From: Chamaesiphon sp.
GTDB lineage: Bacteria; Cyanobacteriota; Cyanobacteriia; Cyanobacteriales; Chamaesiphonaceae
Assembly (NCBI GenBank): GCA_965246735.1
Contig: CBDFFK010000002.1
Coordinates: 131,855 to 195,854 of the forward strand
Length of the DNA stretch: 64,000 nt
Reading direction: 5' to 3'
This document shows, piece after piece, positions 21,215 to 31,513 of the stretch. The notes below the pieces were generated by a model that was not told where the DNA came from, made no database searches, and worked only from the letters and a program-made list of their open reading frames with translations. Within the stretch, counting starts at the first letter, position 1, and the number at the start of each line of letters is the position of its first letter. The position numbers were made by a program, and so were the translations under genes.

Positions 21215-21388
21215 AACCTGAGTTCGGGATAAGAATTGCCAACGACTGGAAGTCGTGGCTGGTGTTGCGAAGTCCGCCTTCGCGGACTGATTAACTAGTC
21301 CGCGAAGGCGGACTTCGCAATACTAGCGGCGGTTTCAACCGCAGGCGGTGCCAGTACGAAGCCAATATCCTTAACCCGAACTTGCGTT
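21215..21388. mobile_element. MITE-like element with AAC-NNN-AGTTCGGG ends
   Basis: Imperfect IRs aacctgagttcgggataag / cttaacccgaacttgcgtt; internal palindrome gcgaagtccgccttcgcggact...agtccgcgaaggcggacttcgc; no TSD seen. Confidence 0.65.
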
Positions 21389-21395
21389 AGTTAAC

Positions 21396-22808
21396 TTATT
21401 TCGTCCACTCGGTATGGAAACTACCCGGTTTGTCGATCCGTTCGTAGGTATGTGCGCCGAAGTAGTCACGTTGAGCCTGAGTCAGATTTTGTGGCAAAAC
21501 AGCTCGACGATAACTATCAAAATAATCCAATGACGAACTAAATGCTGGAACCGGAATTCCTAATTTAGCTGCTTGGGAAATAACTTCGCGCCATGCAGTT
21601 TGACGATCGAGAATCGTTTGCTTAAACTCTGGTGCTAAGAGTAAATTAGCTAAGTTGGGGTCTTCTTTGAACGCATGCGCGATCTTATTCAAGAATCCTG
21701 CGCGAATGATACAACCACCTTTCCAAATCCGCGAGATCTCGCTCAGGTTGAGATTGTAGTCAAACTCTTTAGAAGCTGCACTCAATAGCGCCATCCCTTG
21801 CGCGTAGGAGCAGATTTTCGAGCAGTAGAGCGCATCCCGAACTTGGTTGATGAAGGTGGGAATATCGCCAGTAAACTTGCCCTCTGGCCCAGACAGTACT
21901 GCGGATGCCGCTACCCGCTCCGACTTAATCGATGACATGATGCGTCCGTTGACCGCCGCAAACATTGTCGGAATACCGATCCCCAATTCCAATGCACTTT
22001 GAACCGTCCAGCGTCCGGTACCTTTTTGGGCGGCGGCATCGAGGATTAATTCTACTAGTGGCTTATGAGTCTCAGGATCGATATATTTAAAGATATCGGC
22101 AGTAATTTCAATTAAGAAAGAATTCAGCTCGTCTGTTTTATTCCATTCAGTGAAGACTTGATGTAACTGCTCGTGGTTTAAGCCAGCGACATTCTTGAGT
22201 AAATCGTATGCTTCGGCGATCAGTTGCATATCTCCGTACTCAATACCATTGTGAACCATCTTCACATAGTGTCCAGCTCCACCTTTACCGATGTAAGTGA
22301 CGCAGGGGCCATCATCGACCTGAGCGGCGATTTTGGTAAGGATGGGTTCGAGGTTGCGATAGGCAGTTTCCGTGCCTCCAGGCATCATGCTAGGGCCGTT
22401 GAGCGCGCCTTCTTCACCACCACTCACACCCATACCGATAAAAGTCAGTCCAGAGTTTTCGAGTTCGGCGGTGCGACGATCGGTATCTGTATAGAGCGAG
22501 TTACCACCATCGATGATGACATCACCTTCGTCAAGGAAGGGTTTGAGTTCTTGGATCACCGCATCGACTGGGGCACCCGCCTTAACCATGATCAGGATTT
22601 TGCGCGGGCGTTCTAAAAGGGCGACAAATTCCTCGATCGTATACGCAGCCTTTGCTTGCTTACCTTGAGCGCGAGTCGCCATGAAGTTATCGGTCTTTTC
22701 CCGCGATCGATTGAATACCGCGATCGGAAAGCCATTGCGCTCGACGTTGAGGGCTAGGTTTTCACCCATGACAGCTAAACCAATGACACCAAAGCTTTGT
22801 AGAGACAT
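21396..22808 (-). CDS. gnd: 6-phosphogluconate dehydrogenase (decarboxylating)
   Basis: [36 protein letters not shown]. Confidence 0.98.
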   Translation of the reverse strand: MSLQSFGVIGLAVMGENLALNVERNGFPIAVFNRSREKTDNFMATRAQGKQAKAAYTIEEFVALLERPRKILIMVKAGAPVDAVIQELKPFLDEGDVIIDGGNSLYTDTDRRTAELENSGLTFIGMGVSGGEEGALNGPSMMPGGTETAYRNLEPILTKIAAQVDDGPCVTYIGKGGAGHYVKMVHNGIEYGDMQLIAEAYDLLKNVAGLNHEQLHQVFTEWNKTDELNSFLIEITADIFKYIDPETHKPLVELILDAAAQKGTGRWTVQSALELGIGIPTMFAAVNGRIMSSIKSERVAASAVLSGPEGKFTGDIPTFINQVRDALYCSKICSYAQGMALLSAASKEFDYNLNLSEISRIWKGGCIIRAGFLNKIAHAFKEDPNLANLLLAPEFKQTILDRQTAWREVISQAAKLGIPVPAFSSSLDYFDSYRRAVLPQNLTQAQRDYFGAHTYERIDKPGSFHTEWTK

Positions 22809-23015
22809 AAATAATTGGAAATACTGGAGATGTAGGGTTCGAGCGTACTCAACCTCACCTTAGCTCGATCCCCATTTTTTGGGGTAATTTACATAAATAT
22901 TTGTAAAGCCTTTAAATTTTGGATTTTGCGGCTCCTCGGCTTTGCCGAGGGTTTAGCGATTTTGGATTGTCCTGGCAGGTTGTCTAGGCTCACCCATCTT
23001 CACTCCCTTATGCTC

Positions 23016-23537
23016 CTACTCCTTAAGTTGGTTTTTGAGAGTTTCGAGCACACCCCACCGACTATCCAAGCTAACAGCTTGTTCGGGTGCGGGCGATGCC
23101 GTTGAGTCGATCGGTACGATCCCCTGACAGTCTTGGGCGCAGAGTTGACGGTGCGGCAGCGCCAGACACAATTGCTCGTACAACCAAGTATCCGGCTGAA
23201 CATGTCCGTCTGGCGGTAATGACTCGACCAATTCTTCGATATCGGAGTGAACTTCGATCGGCCCATCATATGGTTCGCCAGCAGCGGCATCCAACCAAAT
23301 GATTTCGGAGGTATTTAATAGCAGTTTATGGTTATATTGGCGCAAACAGCGATCGCAGGTGAGCGTCACGATCGTTTCGGCTTGAGCGGACACATCTAAA
23401 AATGTCCCACCGTGTCTGACTGTTATCTTGCCACGCACGGGCGTAAGCGTCTCAAACTCTGGAATGATTCCATCGACGACAATCTCTAAAGTTTTATCTT
23501 GTCGCGGGATTAAGTGGGGAATGTAGATTGGTTCCAT
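23016..23537 (-). CDS. YceD/DUF177 metal-binding protein
   Basis: CDRC and C...C-x3-C (LCAQDCQG), SRWGVL. Confidence 0.88.
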   Translation of the reverse strand: MEPIYIPHLIPRQDKTLEIVVDGIIPEFETLTPVRGKITVRHGGTFLDVSAQAETIVTLTCDRCLRQYNHKLLLNTSEIIWLDAAAGEPYDGPIEVHSDIEELVESLPPDGHVQPDTWLYEQLCLALPHRQLCAQDCQGIVPIDSTASPAPEQAVSLDSRWGVLETLKNQLKE

Positions 23538-23637
23538 CTGACAATGAGGAGATAGGGGATAGGGGCTGGAAATTGGGGTTTGGAAGCCGCAGGCATTAGC
23601 TTGTCTCGATCGCTGCCATTACACTCGCGTCTACTCT

Positions 23638-24013
23638 AACCCAAGTTGCTACCTAATAGAATGCCTACGATTGTGTCTTGATTCGCTAAACCCTCGGGGA
23701 ACCCGAGGAGCGCGAATCGCAAATCGTGGCTAATGTTGCAAAGTCCGCCTGTCTTGACGCGCTCAACCCTCGGGGAACCCGAGGAGCGCGCGTCGCTGTC
23801 TTGAAAAGGTGCTCTACTTGGGGAGACCCCAAGACCTACTGGTCTAATGGTCGGCGAGCCGACCAAAAGGCTAGCCGACCAAATGCACTTTTCGCTTCGC
23901 GGACTAGTTTATTAGTCCGCGAAGGCAGGCTTTTGCCGCGAGCGGCAACAACCGGACTTTGCATTCCGAGGAGCGGTTTCTAACCGCTTAGGTTATAGGT
24001 AGCAACTTGGGTT
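23638..24013. mobile_element. 376-bp MITE carrying nested palindromic modules
   Basis: Perfect 18-bp TIR aacccaagttgctaccta (23638-23655, 23996-24013); 5-bp direct repeat ACTCT on both sides; no ORF of note. Confidence 0.85.
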
Positions 24014-24132
24014 ACTCTAATTAACAGCGTATAAGCGGGAAAATAATAAAGCAATCTTTGCGTGGATATTTGCTTTGCATAGGCATTAGCTTAACAAAAT
24101 CTTACTAATCGCTATCCCCTATTCCCTATTAC

Positions 24133-24651
24133 CTATTCTTCCGTTGTTGTGGCTTGAGCTAATTGAACTACCAAGCGTCGATCGGGTTCTTGCCCGCGAC
24201 TGTAGGTAGATAGATCGCTATAGCTAGCATCGCTATCGAAGAACGTATGCATTTGGCGGCGTTCGGCTGAAGACATCGGTTGCAGAACGACTTCCGCTCC
24301 AGTTTCGCGGACGCGATTGGCAGCTTCATCAGCGATAGCTTTGAGTTCGATCGCGCGGCGCTGACGGTAGCCATCTAGTTCGATCGTATATCCGGCTTGA
24401 AGATCGGCTGCTTGATGAATATTCAGGCTCGCATTGGCGAGATACTGGATCGCATCGATCGTCACGCCATCGCTACCGATCAAACTTTCTACCTGTGCGG
24501 GAGTAAGTGACTCGCGATCGATCTTCAGCCAGTAGTTGGGCGAACTAAACCCTTCTGGTTGTTCGGTATCGACAGTTGCAGTGATGCCTGATAGTTCCAG
24601 TAGTTGCTCCAACCACTGCTTGCCACGGTCTAAACGTTGGTCGATCGTCAT
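24133..24651 (-). CDS. jag: Jag/KhpB (R3H) RNA-binding protein
   Basis: IELDGYRQRR, MSSAERRQMH, SRGQEPDRRLVV; position after yidC. Confidence 0.88.
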   Translation of the reverse strand: MTIDQRLDRGKQWLEQLLELSGITATVDTEQPEGFSSPNYWLKIDRESLTPAQVESLIGSDGVTIDAIQYLANASLNIHQAADLQAGYTIELDGYRQRRAIELKAIADEAANRVRETGAEVVLQPMSSAERRQMHTFFDSDASYSDLSTYSRGQEPDRRLVVQLAQATTTEE

Positions 24652-24803
24652 AAGGGTTAGGGAATAGGATTAAGGGTAATGCAGGGCTAGAAAGTGATAG
24701 ATCGAGCATCCACTTTCTAGTGACTAGTCACTAACCACTGTCTTGATGCGCTAAACCCTCGGGGAACCCGAGGAGCGCGCATCGCTAGCCACTAGTCACT
24801 ATT

Positions 24804-25970
24804 TTAAGTTGCTTTCTTCTTCGACTTAGGCTTCTCAAAGGGTAATTGTTCGCGTTCGCTGCTGTCTTTGCCTTTTTCTAGTTCTTGCTGCTCTACCAAC
24901 TTCTGTAATTCTGGTGGTAGTGGTTCTTGATTGACAAAGTAGGTTTGAGCCATTTGAAACACGTTACCGATCGCCATGTACATTAGGACACCAGCAGGTA
25001 GGGGGAAGAATAAAAACATCCCCGAAAAAATTATGGGCGTAAATTTATTGACTGCTTGCTGTTGTTGAGCTTGGGGATCGTCTGATGCTGTAGCTGTCGA
25101 TGCGCTCCCAGATAAGTTTTGGCTGACATATAGACTCAAGCCAAAGAAGACGATCATCGCGATGATATCCCAGTGGATTTTACCGTCAGGATCGATCGCG
25201 CCAACGTGACCGAGCGAGTCGATAAATAAGAATCCAGTATTCGCTGCAATCCCTGGAATCGTACCTTTGAGGGTCACATCACCAGGTGCGATCGCTTCAA
25301 TTCGACCGTCAGCGGTCACTTTTACATTTTCGCTCCCCTTGGTTATCGTCCAATTGGGAGTGAGATTGGAGTCGGGATACTGAGCTGCTAATTCAGTAAA
25401 CGGCTTACCATCGACACCTTTAAATTCAACTTGTGCTGTTTTTCCCACACTCAAAACGTTCCCGGTGGGGATGTCCGCAATCACTGGCGCGTGAATATTG
25501 GTATTGAAGTAGATATTGTGGGGTTCGCTCGTAAATACTTGTGGTTGAATCTGCGCCGTTTGTTCGGCAGGGACAACTTGCAAGTTGACATTGTAATCGA
25601 CATTGGAAAATGGCGAGCCGCGCAAAGTCGCAAACAGCGCAAACAGGACGGGCATTTGGGCGACTACTGGCAGACAACCAGCTAGCGGATTGCCAAACTC
25701 TTTGTAAACATCAGCCATTGCCTGCTGCTGCTTGGTCGGGTCATCTTTAAACTTCTGCTGGATTTCTTTGACCCGTTTCTGCATCAATGGCTGCGAGATT
25801 TTGGTTTTTCGCATATTGCGAATCGAACCTGCACCCAGCGGATAGAGTGCGAAACGAATTACGAGAGTCAGCGCGACGATGGCTAACCCATAGCTGGGCA
25901 CGATGCCGTAGAAAAAATCTACGATCGGCAGCATTATATTGTTGGATATAAATCCGATTCCAAAGTCCAT
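24804..25970 (-). CDS. yidC: Membrane protein insertase YidC
   Basis: [22 protein letters not shown]...[20 protein letters not shown]. Confidence 0.96.
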   Translation of the reverse strand: MDFGIGFISNNIMLPIVDFFYGIVPSYGLAIVALTLVIRFALYPLGAGSIRNMRKTKISQPLMQKRVKEIQQKFKDDPTKQQQAMADVYKEFGNPLAGCLPVVAQMPVLFALFATLRGSPFSNVDYNVNLQVVPAEQTAQIQPQVFTSEPHNIYFNTNIHAPVIADIPTGNVLSVGKTAQVEFKGVDGKPFTELAAQYPDSNLTPNWTITKGSENVKVTADGRIEAIAPGDVTLKGTIPGIAANTGFLFIDSLGHVGAIDPDGKIHWDIIAMIVFFGLSLYVSQNLSGSASTATASDDPQAQQQQAVNKFTPIIFSGMFLFFPLPAGVLMYMAIGNVFQMAQTYFVNQEPLPPELQKLVEQQELEKGKDSSEREQLPFEKPKSKKKAT

Positions 25971-26096
25971 TGTCAGTCAACTAGCTGGTTGTATAAAGTG
26001 GTTATTGGTTGTGGTTATTAGTTATTGGTTATTGGCTGGAGCGATCGATTTTATCTCTTGCCCCTAATCCCTATCCCCTAATCCCTATCCCCTAAA

Positions 26097-26531
26097 TTAG
26101 GCACTCAACTTGGAGGTTTGAGCCTCAGCTTCGGCCTTTTCAGTTACGCTAAGCAAAGGTACACCATTTTTAGCGATGACCCGCTCGTTAATATAATCAT
26201 AAATTTCTCGACAGCGCGGTAAAGAGCGTAACTCCAATTTACTACCATCTTTGAGGACGATCACCATATCTCCCCAAAATCCTAACCCACGCGGGACGGT
26301 AATGGCATCCACGATCTCCGAATAAACGATATCGGTTCGATCTTTACCCATCCAACCACCGACAACCGAAACGCGGCGATCGGTAATGTTATAACGCAAC
26401 CAGATCGCTCTAACGATCGAGCCAATGGTTAAGGGAATGAAAATTATAAATGTCGCTAAAAATAAATTAAATATTAAATCCCCTACATGCGGGCCGCCTT
26501 CATAAAATGTGTCTTCCTTAATACCCATCAA
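26097..26531 (-). CDS. Bacterial PH-domain membrane protein
   Basis: Conserved cyanobacterial gene between rnpA and yidC (EDTFYEGGPHVGD). Confidence 0.85.
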   Translation of the reverse strand: MMGIKEDTFYEGGPHVGDLIFNLFLATFIIFIPLTIGSIVRAIWLRYNITDRRVSVVGGWMGKDRTDIVYSEIVDAITVPRGLGFWGDMVIVLKDGSKLELRSLPRCREIYDYINERVIAKNGVPLLSVTEKAEAEAQTSKLSA

Positions 26532-26889
26532 GTACCTCTGCGGCTTTCAATAACTGCTCTAATTCTCGCAAAATTTCGACATATTCGCACCCTTGGGCTG
26601 AAGGTCGGACTCCAATAATTACCGACCACCCATTCGCAATCTGCGGCAACAGCAGACGGAGTACGGTTTTGATCTGTCGCTTGAGCAAGTTACGGGCTAC
26701 AGCTTTTTTACTTACCTTTTGGCTAACAGAGATCCCAAAACGGGTAGCAGGTAGATTCTCAGTAGTAGAGTTTGGCTGATGGCGCATGCATTTAAGTGTC
26801 AAATGCACTCCATGATGACTTTTGCCATACTGATAAACCTTTTGAAAATCTTGCCTGCGTCTGAGTCGATGGGGCTTGGGCAATGACAC
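26518..26889 (-). CDS. rnpA: RNase P protein component
   Basis: HRLRRRQDFQKVY, RFGISVSQKVSKKAVARNLLKR. Confidence 0.95.
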   Translation of the reverse strand: MSLPKPHRLRRRQDFQKVYQYGKSHHGVHLTLKCMRHQPNSTTENLPATRFGISVSQKVSKKAVARNLLKRQIKTVLRLLLPQIANGWSVIIGVRPSAQGCEYVEILRELEQLLKAAEVLDGY

Positions 26890-26921
26890 GAGTTGCTACT
26901 TATCGATCTATAGGCACGAAT

Positions 26922-27059
26922 CTATACAGATAAACGATGCCGTCCTCTCGCTCGGCGGGCTTTGATCACTTTTTGTCCGGTGCGCGATCGCATCCGCGCA
27001 CGGAACCCAGATGTTCTTTTCTGTTTGCGGTTAGTACCGCCGAGAGTACGCTTTGTCAT
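26922..27059 (-). CDS. rpmH: 50S ribosomal protein L34 (absent from ORF track, 45 aa)
   Basis: Manual translation [45 protein letters not shown]. Confidence 0.97.
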   Translation of the reverse strand: MTKRTLGGTNRKQKRTSGFRARMRSRTGQKVIKARRARGRHRLSV

Positions 27060-27318
27060 ACTTGTATCCGCTCGATTTGACTAATATTTAATATTTTGGT
27101 AGGCAAAAAAGCCACAATGTACTAGTATAACAGCAATTCTGCCAGATCGATCGTCTTGCCCGAACTGCTCCATCAAAATCGATTAGGAAAGGATAATTAC
27201 AGATAGTTCTCAAGCCGATCGACGGATATTCGCCTGACCCAGTTCGGTTTTACACCTTCAGTTAGCGATACTAGATCCGTTAACCTCTAAGTGTGATATT
27301 TAGCGATCGGGTATAGTT

Positions 27319-28806
27319 GTGGTCAGAAAGTGGTTGCTCCCAACATTGAGTGAAGTTTTAGCCAAGGCAGAGCCGACAGGCATCGATCTGTTGGTTCCCG
27401 AGGCGCGCGCCCCAGAGAACCAGCCGCAGCCCGACGCACAAGCATCACCGCTCCAAGCCCAAAACCAATGGCAAAGTGCGATCGCCTCTGTCGAAACTTT
27501 GTTATTACAAGCATTGCCCAGTCCGTTGGGGATATCCGATCTGAGTGAAGAAACAACGATCGAAGGATTGCTGCTGACAGCACCATTACCGCTGTTCGGT
27601 CATCCCGCACTCGTTTCGCAACTCCAAACTATTACCTTTACAACCGCACACACCCAAAACCAGCGCCTGCTGCCATGCAAGTCTACTGGCCTCCACGATC
27701 GAGCTTCGCAGTCACATCATTTCCCGATTGAGCTACTCCCGACAGATCCCCTCGCTGACGAACGTTTTTGTCTCGTGCTCACCAGTCACTTTAGTCTGGT
27801 AGTTGTGTTAGGGGAAGAAAATGGCACTTTGCGCTGTCAGTTTTCCTTCGATCCTGACGATCTGGATATGGCCTGGAAATCTTTACGCGGGCGGCTGATG
27901 CTGACTGCCCCGCATCATTTATCTTATATCGATGAATTAGCAGCAAGATTTAGCCCGATCGCTCCCGATTATCGCTGGGTGATGGCATTCGGTCAACATC
28001 TGCTCCACCACCAACCAGTCACTATCGCCCCTGTCGAACAACCCACCACCGCGAAAGTAAATTCAACGGAAGTCCCGGCAAAACTTGCTGCCGATGTAGA
28101 ATTACTCCAGGCACTCACGCACGAAATTCGCACGCCACTGACGACCATTCGGACGATGACCCGGCTACTGTTGCGTCAACCAGATTTATCGCAACGAGTT
28201 CTCAAACGCTTGGGTGCGATCGATCGGGAATGTACCGAACAAATCGATCGGATGGAGCTGATTTTCAGCGCGGTAGAATTGGCAACTACCCAACCATCTC
28301 AAGCAGTAGATTTGACTACCATGTCGATTACTCAACTTTTGGAAAAAAGCCTACCCCAGTGGCAACAACAAGCCGAACGTCGCAATCTCGACTTAGCGGT
28401 GGATATTCCGCACAAACTTCCCGCCGTCGTCAGCAATCCGACGATCCTCGATCGAGTCCTCACGGGATTGGTCGAAAACTTTACCCGCAATCTTCCTTCT
28501 GGCAGTCGCATCCAAGTCGAAGTCACCCCCGTCGGTGACAGACTGAAGCTCCAACTCCAATCCCAACCTGAAACCGACGAATGCGAACATTCCGCCCCAA
28601 ATAAACGCCACTCGACCTGCAAAGGCAGCGCTTACGCTATCGGTCAATTGCTCACATTTCAGCCCGAAACAGGCAATCTCAGCCTCAATATGAATGTGAC
28701 TAAAAATCTCTTCCAACTCCTCGGCGGTAAACTCATCGTCCGCCAACACCCCCAACAAGGCGAAGTCTTGACAATTTTCCTCCCACTGTCGATGATTAGT
28801 GGCTAG
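27319..28806 (+). CDS. Atypical cyanobacterial histidine kinase (Hik34-like, tentative)
   Basis: HisKA THEIRTPLTTI present; ATP-binding domain lacks recognisable DxGxG and GxGLGL boxes; no TM. Confidence 0.7.
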   Translation: MVRKWLLPTLSEVLAKAEPTGIDLLVPEARAPENQPQPDAQASPLQAQNQWQSAIASVETLLLQALPSPLGISDLSEETTIEGLLLTAPLPLFGHPALVSQLQTITFTTAHTQNQRLLPCKSTGLHDRASQSHHFPIELLPTDPLADERFCLVLTSHFSLVVVLGEENGTLRCQFSFDPDDLDMAWKSLRGRLMLTAPHHLSYIDELAARFSPIAPDYRWVMAFGQHLLHHQPVTIAPVEQPTTAKVNSTEVPAKLAADVELLQALTHEIRTPLTTIRTMTRLLLRQPDLSQRVLKRLGAIDRECTEQIDRMELIFSAVELATTQPSQAVDLTTMSITQLLEKSLPQWQQQAERRNLDLAVDIPHKLPAVVSNPTILDRVLTGLVENFTRNLPSGSRIQVEVTPVGDRLKLQLQSQPETDECEHSAPNKRHSTCKGSAYAIGQLLTFQPETGNLSLNMNVTKNLFQLLGGKLIVRQHPQQGEVLTIFLPLSMISG

Positions 28807-28813
28807 TGGCTAG

Positions 28814-28980
28814 AAAATTCCCCTCCTGGGAGCGAAAAGTGCATTTGGTCGGCTAGCCTTTTGGTCGGGTACCCGACCATTAGACCATTAGGTCTTGGGG
28901 TTTCCCCACCCTTCGAGCACCTTTTCAAGACAGGGGTGCCCGTTGGCGAAGCCTTTCCGTAGGAATTAGGGTGGGGTGGG
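28814..28980 (-). repeat. GGGCACCCCTCC...GGAGGGG repeat with nested module (28832-28932)
   Basis: Nested part is the reverse complement of 23797-23895 with a few differences. Confidence 0.8.
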
Positions 28981-29028
28981 TAAGATCTCCGCACCTCACT
29001 AAATATCACACCTCCCCAACTTTCCCGA

Positions 29029-29298
29029 ATGCCTTGGTTTGTCAAAATTGAAACTGGAATCGTGCCCAAGCCGGAATTCGATCGATACGTACCAGCCCAC
29101 AAAGCTTATGTCCAAGATTTAATCGATCGTGGCCATCAAGCCAAAACTGGATATTGGGGAGAACGCGGTGGCGGGATGATGTTATTTCAGGCGACATCGC
29201 TAGCTGAAGCGGAACTAATTGTTGCCGCCGATCCCCTGGTCAAACATCATTGCGTTACTTATCAATTGCATGAATGGCGAATTGTCTTGGGTGATTGA
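29029..29298 (+). CDS. YciI-family protein
   Basis: YVPAHKAYV, GGGMMLF, ADPLV. Confidence 0.85.
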   Translation: MPWFVKIETGIVPKPEFDRYVPAHKAYVQDLIDRGHQAKTGYWGERGGGMMLFQATSLAEAELIVAADPLVKHHCVTYQLHEWRIVLGD

Positions 29299-29325
29299 AA
29301 TCGTATTTATGCTATATTAAAGGTC

Positions 29326-29422
29326 GGATTTGGACTCGTGCGGTCGTAACACCTAAACCTTGTCAGATAGCCGAAACTAGCAGCAACACAGGATGCTTGC
29401 AGCAGGCGCGAACTCCGAATCT
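29326..29422 (+). ncRNA. Divergent SRP (4.5S) RNA paralog
   Basis: Aligns along its length with 29527-29620; own TGnTATATT -10; apical region gtcagatagccgaaactagcagc replaces gtcaggactggaaggtagcagc. Confidence 0.75.
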
Positions 29423-29526
29423 TAAAATTTTTCTCAGATCGAATAGACGGCAACGCCAACCCACACTGTAAAAAATAGCATTGTGTTGACGATCGAACCA
29501 GTAAGATTCATGCTATGATAAAGATC

Positions 29527-29620
29527 GATCTGGACCCGCGCGGTTGTAACGCCTAAATCTTGTCAGGACTGGAAGGTAGCAGCAATAGGGATGCTTGTGA
29601 CAGGCGTGGAATCCGGATCT
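29527..29620 (+). ncRNA. ffs: Signal recognition particle RNA (canonical)
   Basis: Helix-8 signature tcaggactggaaggtagcagc, terminal stem gatctgga/tccggatc, TGnTATGAT -10 at 29511-29519. Confidence 0.92.
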
Positions 29621-29774
29621 TAAAATTTTTTCTAGACTCAAGCTATCGGTGCCGAATTTCGCTACACATCGGCAAACCGTACCCTCAGACCCATAGTCGA
29701 TCGCTAGTTTTGTCGTTTATCTTAGTAAATAGATAGAGCGAACAACACTAATACAATCACTTCAGAAGTTAACT

Positions 29775-30167
29775 ATGGCTGGTCTAAGCGATATCGTTCA
29801 AAAAGCATTTTACCTTGGTGTCGGTTTGGCCGCTTCTGCTGGCGAACAGGCTGGTGAGAAGATCTCAGGATTGAGAGTACAAGCACAGAAGCTTGCCGAT
29901 GAGATGGTCGCCAAGGGCGAGATTACCACTGAGGAAGCTCGGAAAATGGTCAACGATATGATTGAATCGGCTCAACAACCCAACCTCAACCAATCCGATA
30001 GTACTACTGCCGATCGACCGATGAAAGATCGCGAACCCCGCCGGATCGAAATCGTCTCAGAAGGCGAAGAAGCTACCAAACCATCTGGCTCGACTGAAAA
30101 TATCAGCGACATGCGAAAGCAGGTAGAAGCGCTGCAAGAAGAACTCAAACGCATGAAAAATAGCTAA
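29775..30167 (+). CDS. Phasin-like conserved cyanobacterial protein
   Basis: IVQKAFYLGVGLA...ADEMVAKGE...EPRRIEI; C-terminal coiled coil. Confidence 0.7.
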   Translation: MAGLSDIVQKAFYLGVGLAASAGEQAGEKISGLRVQAQKLADEMVAKGEITTEEARKMVNDMIESAQQPNLNQSDSTTADRPMKDREPRRIEIVSEGEEATKPSGSTENISDMRKQVEALQEELKRMKNS

Positions 30168-30263
30168 AAATCAGGAATTAATGGTTTACGGCTATTAAAA
30201 TAACTAATATTTGATGTGCCATTTCGATCGAAATTGGTGTACAATTTGAAAATTGGCATACCT

Positions 30264-30350
30264 GGAGAGGTGTCCGAGTGGTTGATGGTGGCTGACTCGA
30301 AATCAGCTTTGGGCTTATACCCAACGGAGGTTCGAATCCTCTCCTCTCTG
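30264..30350 (+). tRNA. tRNA-Ser (CGA)
   Basis: Acceptor GGAGAGG/CCTCTCT, anticodon arm gctga-ctCGAaa-tcagc, long variable arm, T arm ggagg-ttcgaat-cctct; CCA not encoded. Confidence 0.96.
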
Positions 30351-30472
30351 TAGATTTTACAAAAAATATTTAAAACTCGATCGACTCCCTAATTTATGTT
30401 AAGGGGTCGATTTTTAATGCGCCGAACCGCCTACAGTAATGCTAGAACTCAGGATGCTATCCCAGTTAGTAG

Positions 30473-31063
30473 ATGATTATTACCATTACTGCGCTCAAGG
30501 GTGGTGTCGGCAAGACGACCACATCGATTCACCTTGCTGCCTGCCTTCAAGAAAACGCCCCTACATTACTCATCGATGCCGATCGCAACCGTTCGGCATT
30601 GGTTTGGTCGCGCGAAGATAAATTACCCTTTACAGTCTCATCGCAAGCTGGTGCTACGGCAGTGATTGGTAAGTACACACACATTATCACCGATACCCAA
30701 GCGCGTCCCGAACAAGACGAGTTAAAAGATTTGGTAGCTAGTAGCGATCTCCTGATTATCCCTACCACACCAAATCACCTCGATATCGATACTACGATCA
30801 AGTCGGTAGAATTGCTCGAAGGCTGGGGTGCCAAATATAAAGTGCTGCTGACGCAAGTAGACTCGCGGACTAAAACCGGACGCAATGCTAGAGCGATCCT
30901 CGAAGAAGCTAAACTGCCGCTGTTTACTGTCGATATTCCGCTGCTAGTCGCATTCGAGCGCTCGTCCAGTCGAGGAGTCATCATCAGAGATTACAACGAC
31001 CCCCGCGCCCAATTTGGCTGGTCTAAGTATCAATCGGTTGCTAAAGAAGTTTTGGGTAAATGA
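30473..31063 (+). CDS. Short ParA-family ATPase, no partner gene
   Basis: KGGVGKTT deviant Walker A, LLIDAD, IITDT, LLIIP; 196 aa. Confidence 0.9.
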   Translation: MIITITALKGGVGKTTTSIHLAACLQENAPTLLIDADRNRSALVWSREDKLPFTVSSQAGATAVIGKYTHIITDTQARPEQDELKDLVASSDLLIIPTTPNHLDIDTTIKSVELLEGWGAKYKVLLTQVDSRTKTGRNARAILEEAKLPLFTVDIPLLVAFERSSSRGVIIRDYNDPRAQFGWSKYQSVAKEVLGK

Positions 31064-31110
31064 TTATTCAACCCTAATTAAAGCAATGCTGGTAATTTTA
31101 ATCGCAGCGA

Positions 31111-31146
31111 TACAAACAAAGTCCGCCTAGGCGGACTTTGTTTGTA
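31111..31146. repeat. Perfect 36-bp palindrome (AGTCCGC family), likely terminator between convergent genes
   Basis: tacaaacaaagtccgcct|aggcggactttgtttgta. Confidence 0.75.
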
Positions 31147-31170
31147 ATTGATGCCTTTCAATCCAATATT

Positions 31171-31440
31171 CTAAATCGCTTGAATCCACTCTTTAATTTG
31201 ATATTCTGTCCAGATGCCATGTTGCCAATAGGGATCGGCTTCAACCAACTGACGAACGACAAGTTCATCCTTCGCTTCATAAATCCCAAAAACCTTAGTC
31301 AAATCTTTTGTTGGGCCGATCGTAACTAAGATCCCATCGGTTTTTTGTTGTGCCAATCCAGCCAGATGTGCTTCTCGGTAAGGCGTTCTTTGATTAACGA
31401 CATCCTCGCAATAACTACCCCACATCACATATTTAGTCAT
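31171..31440 (-). CDS. YciI-family protein
   Basis: RTPYREAHL, IGPT, EADPYW. Confidence 0.88.
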   Translation of the reverse strand: MTKYVMWGSYCEDVVNQRTPYREAHLAGLAQQKTDGILVTIGPTKDLTKVFGIYEAKDELVVRQLVEADPYWQHGIWTEYQIKEWIQAI

Positions 31441-31513
31441 AATTATCCATTTATTCGATCGAGAGTAATTATACGATCGATCTCAATCCCCAAGATTGTG
31501 ACTGAACTAAAGT

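Noticed and set aside
21215-21388. AAC...GTT-bounded elements as integron attC sites
   Set aside because: Ends do not fit RYYYAAC/GTTRRRY, they flank core genes such as gnd, no integrase is present, and one copy has a 5-bp TSD typical of transposition.
26922-27318. Replication origin next to rpmH-rnpA-yidC-jag
   Set aside because: No dnaA/dnaN and no DnaA-box cluster seen.
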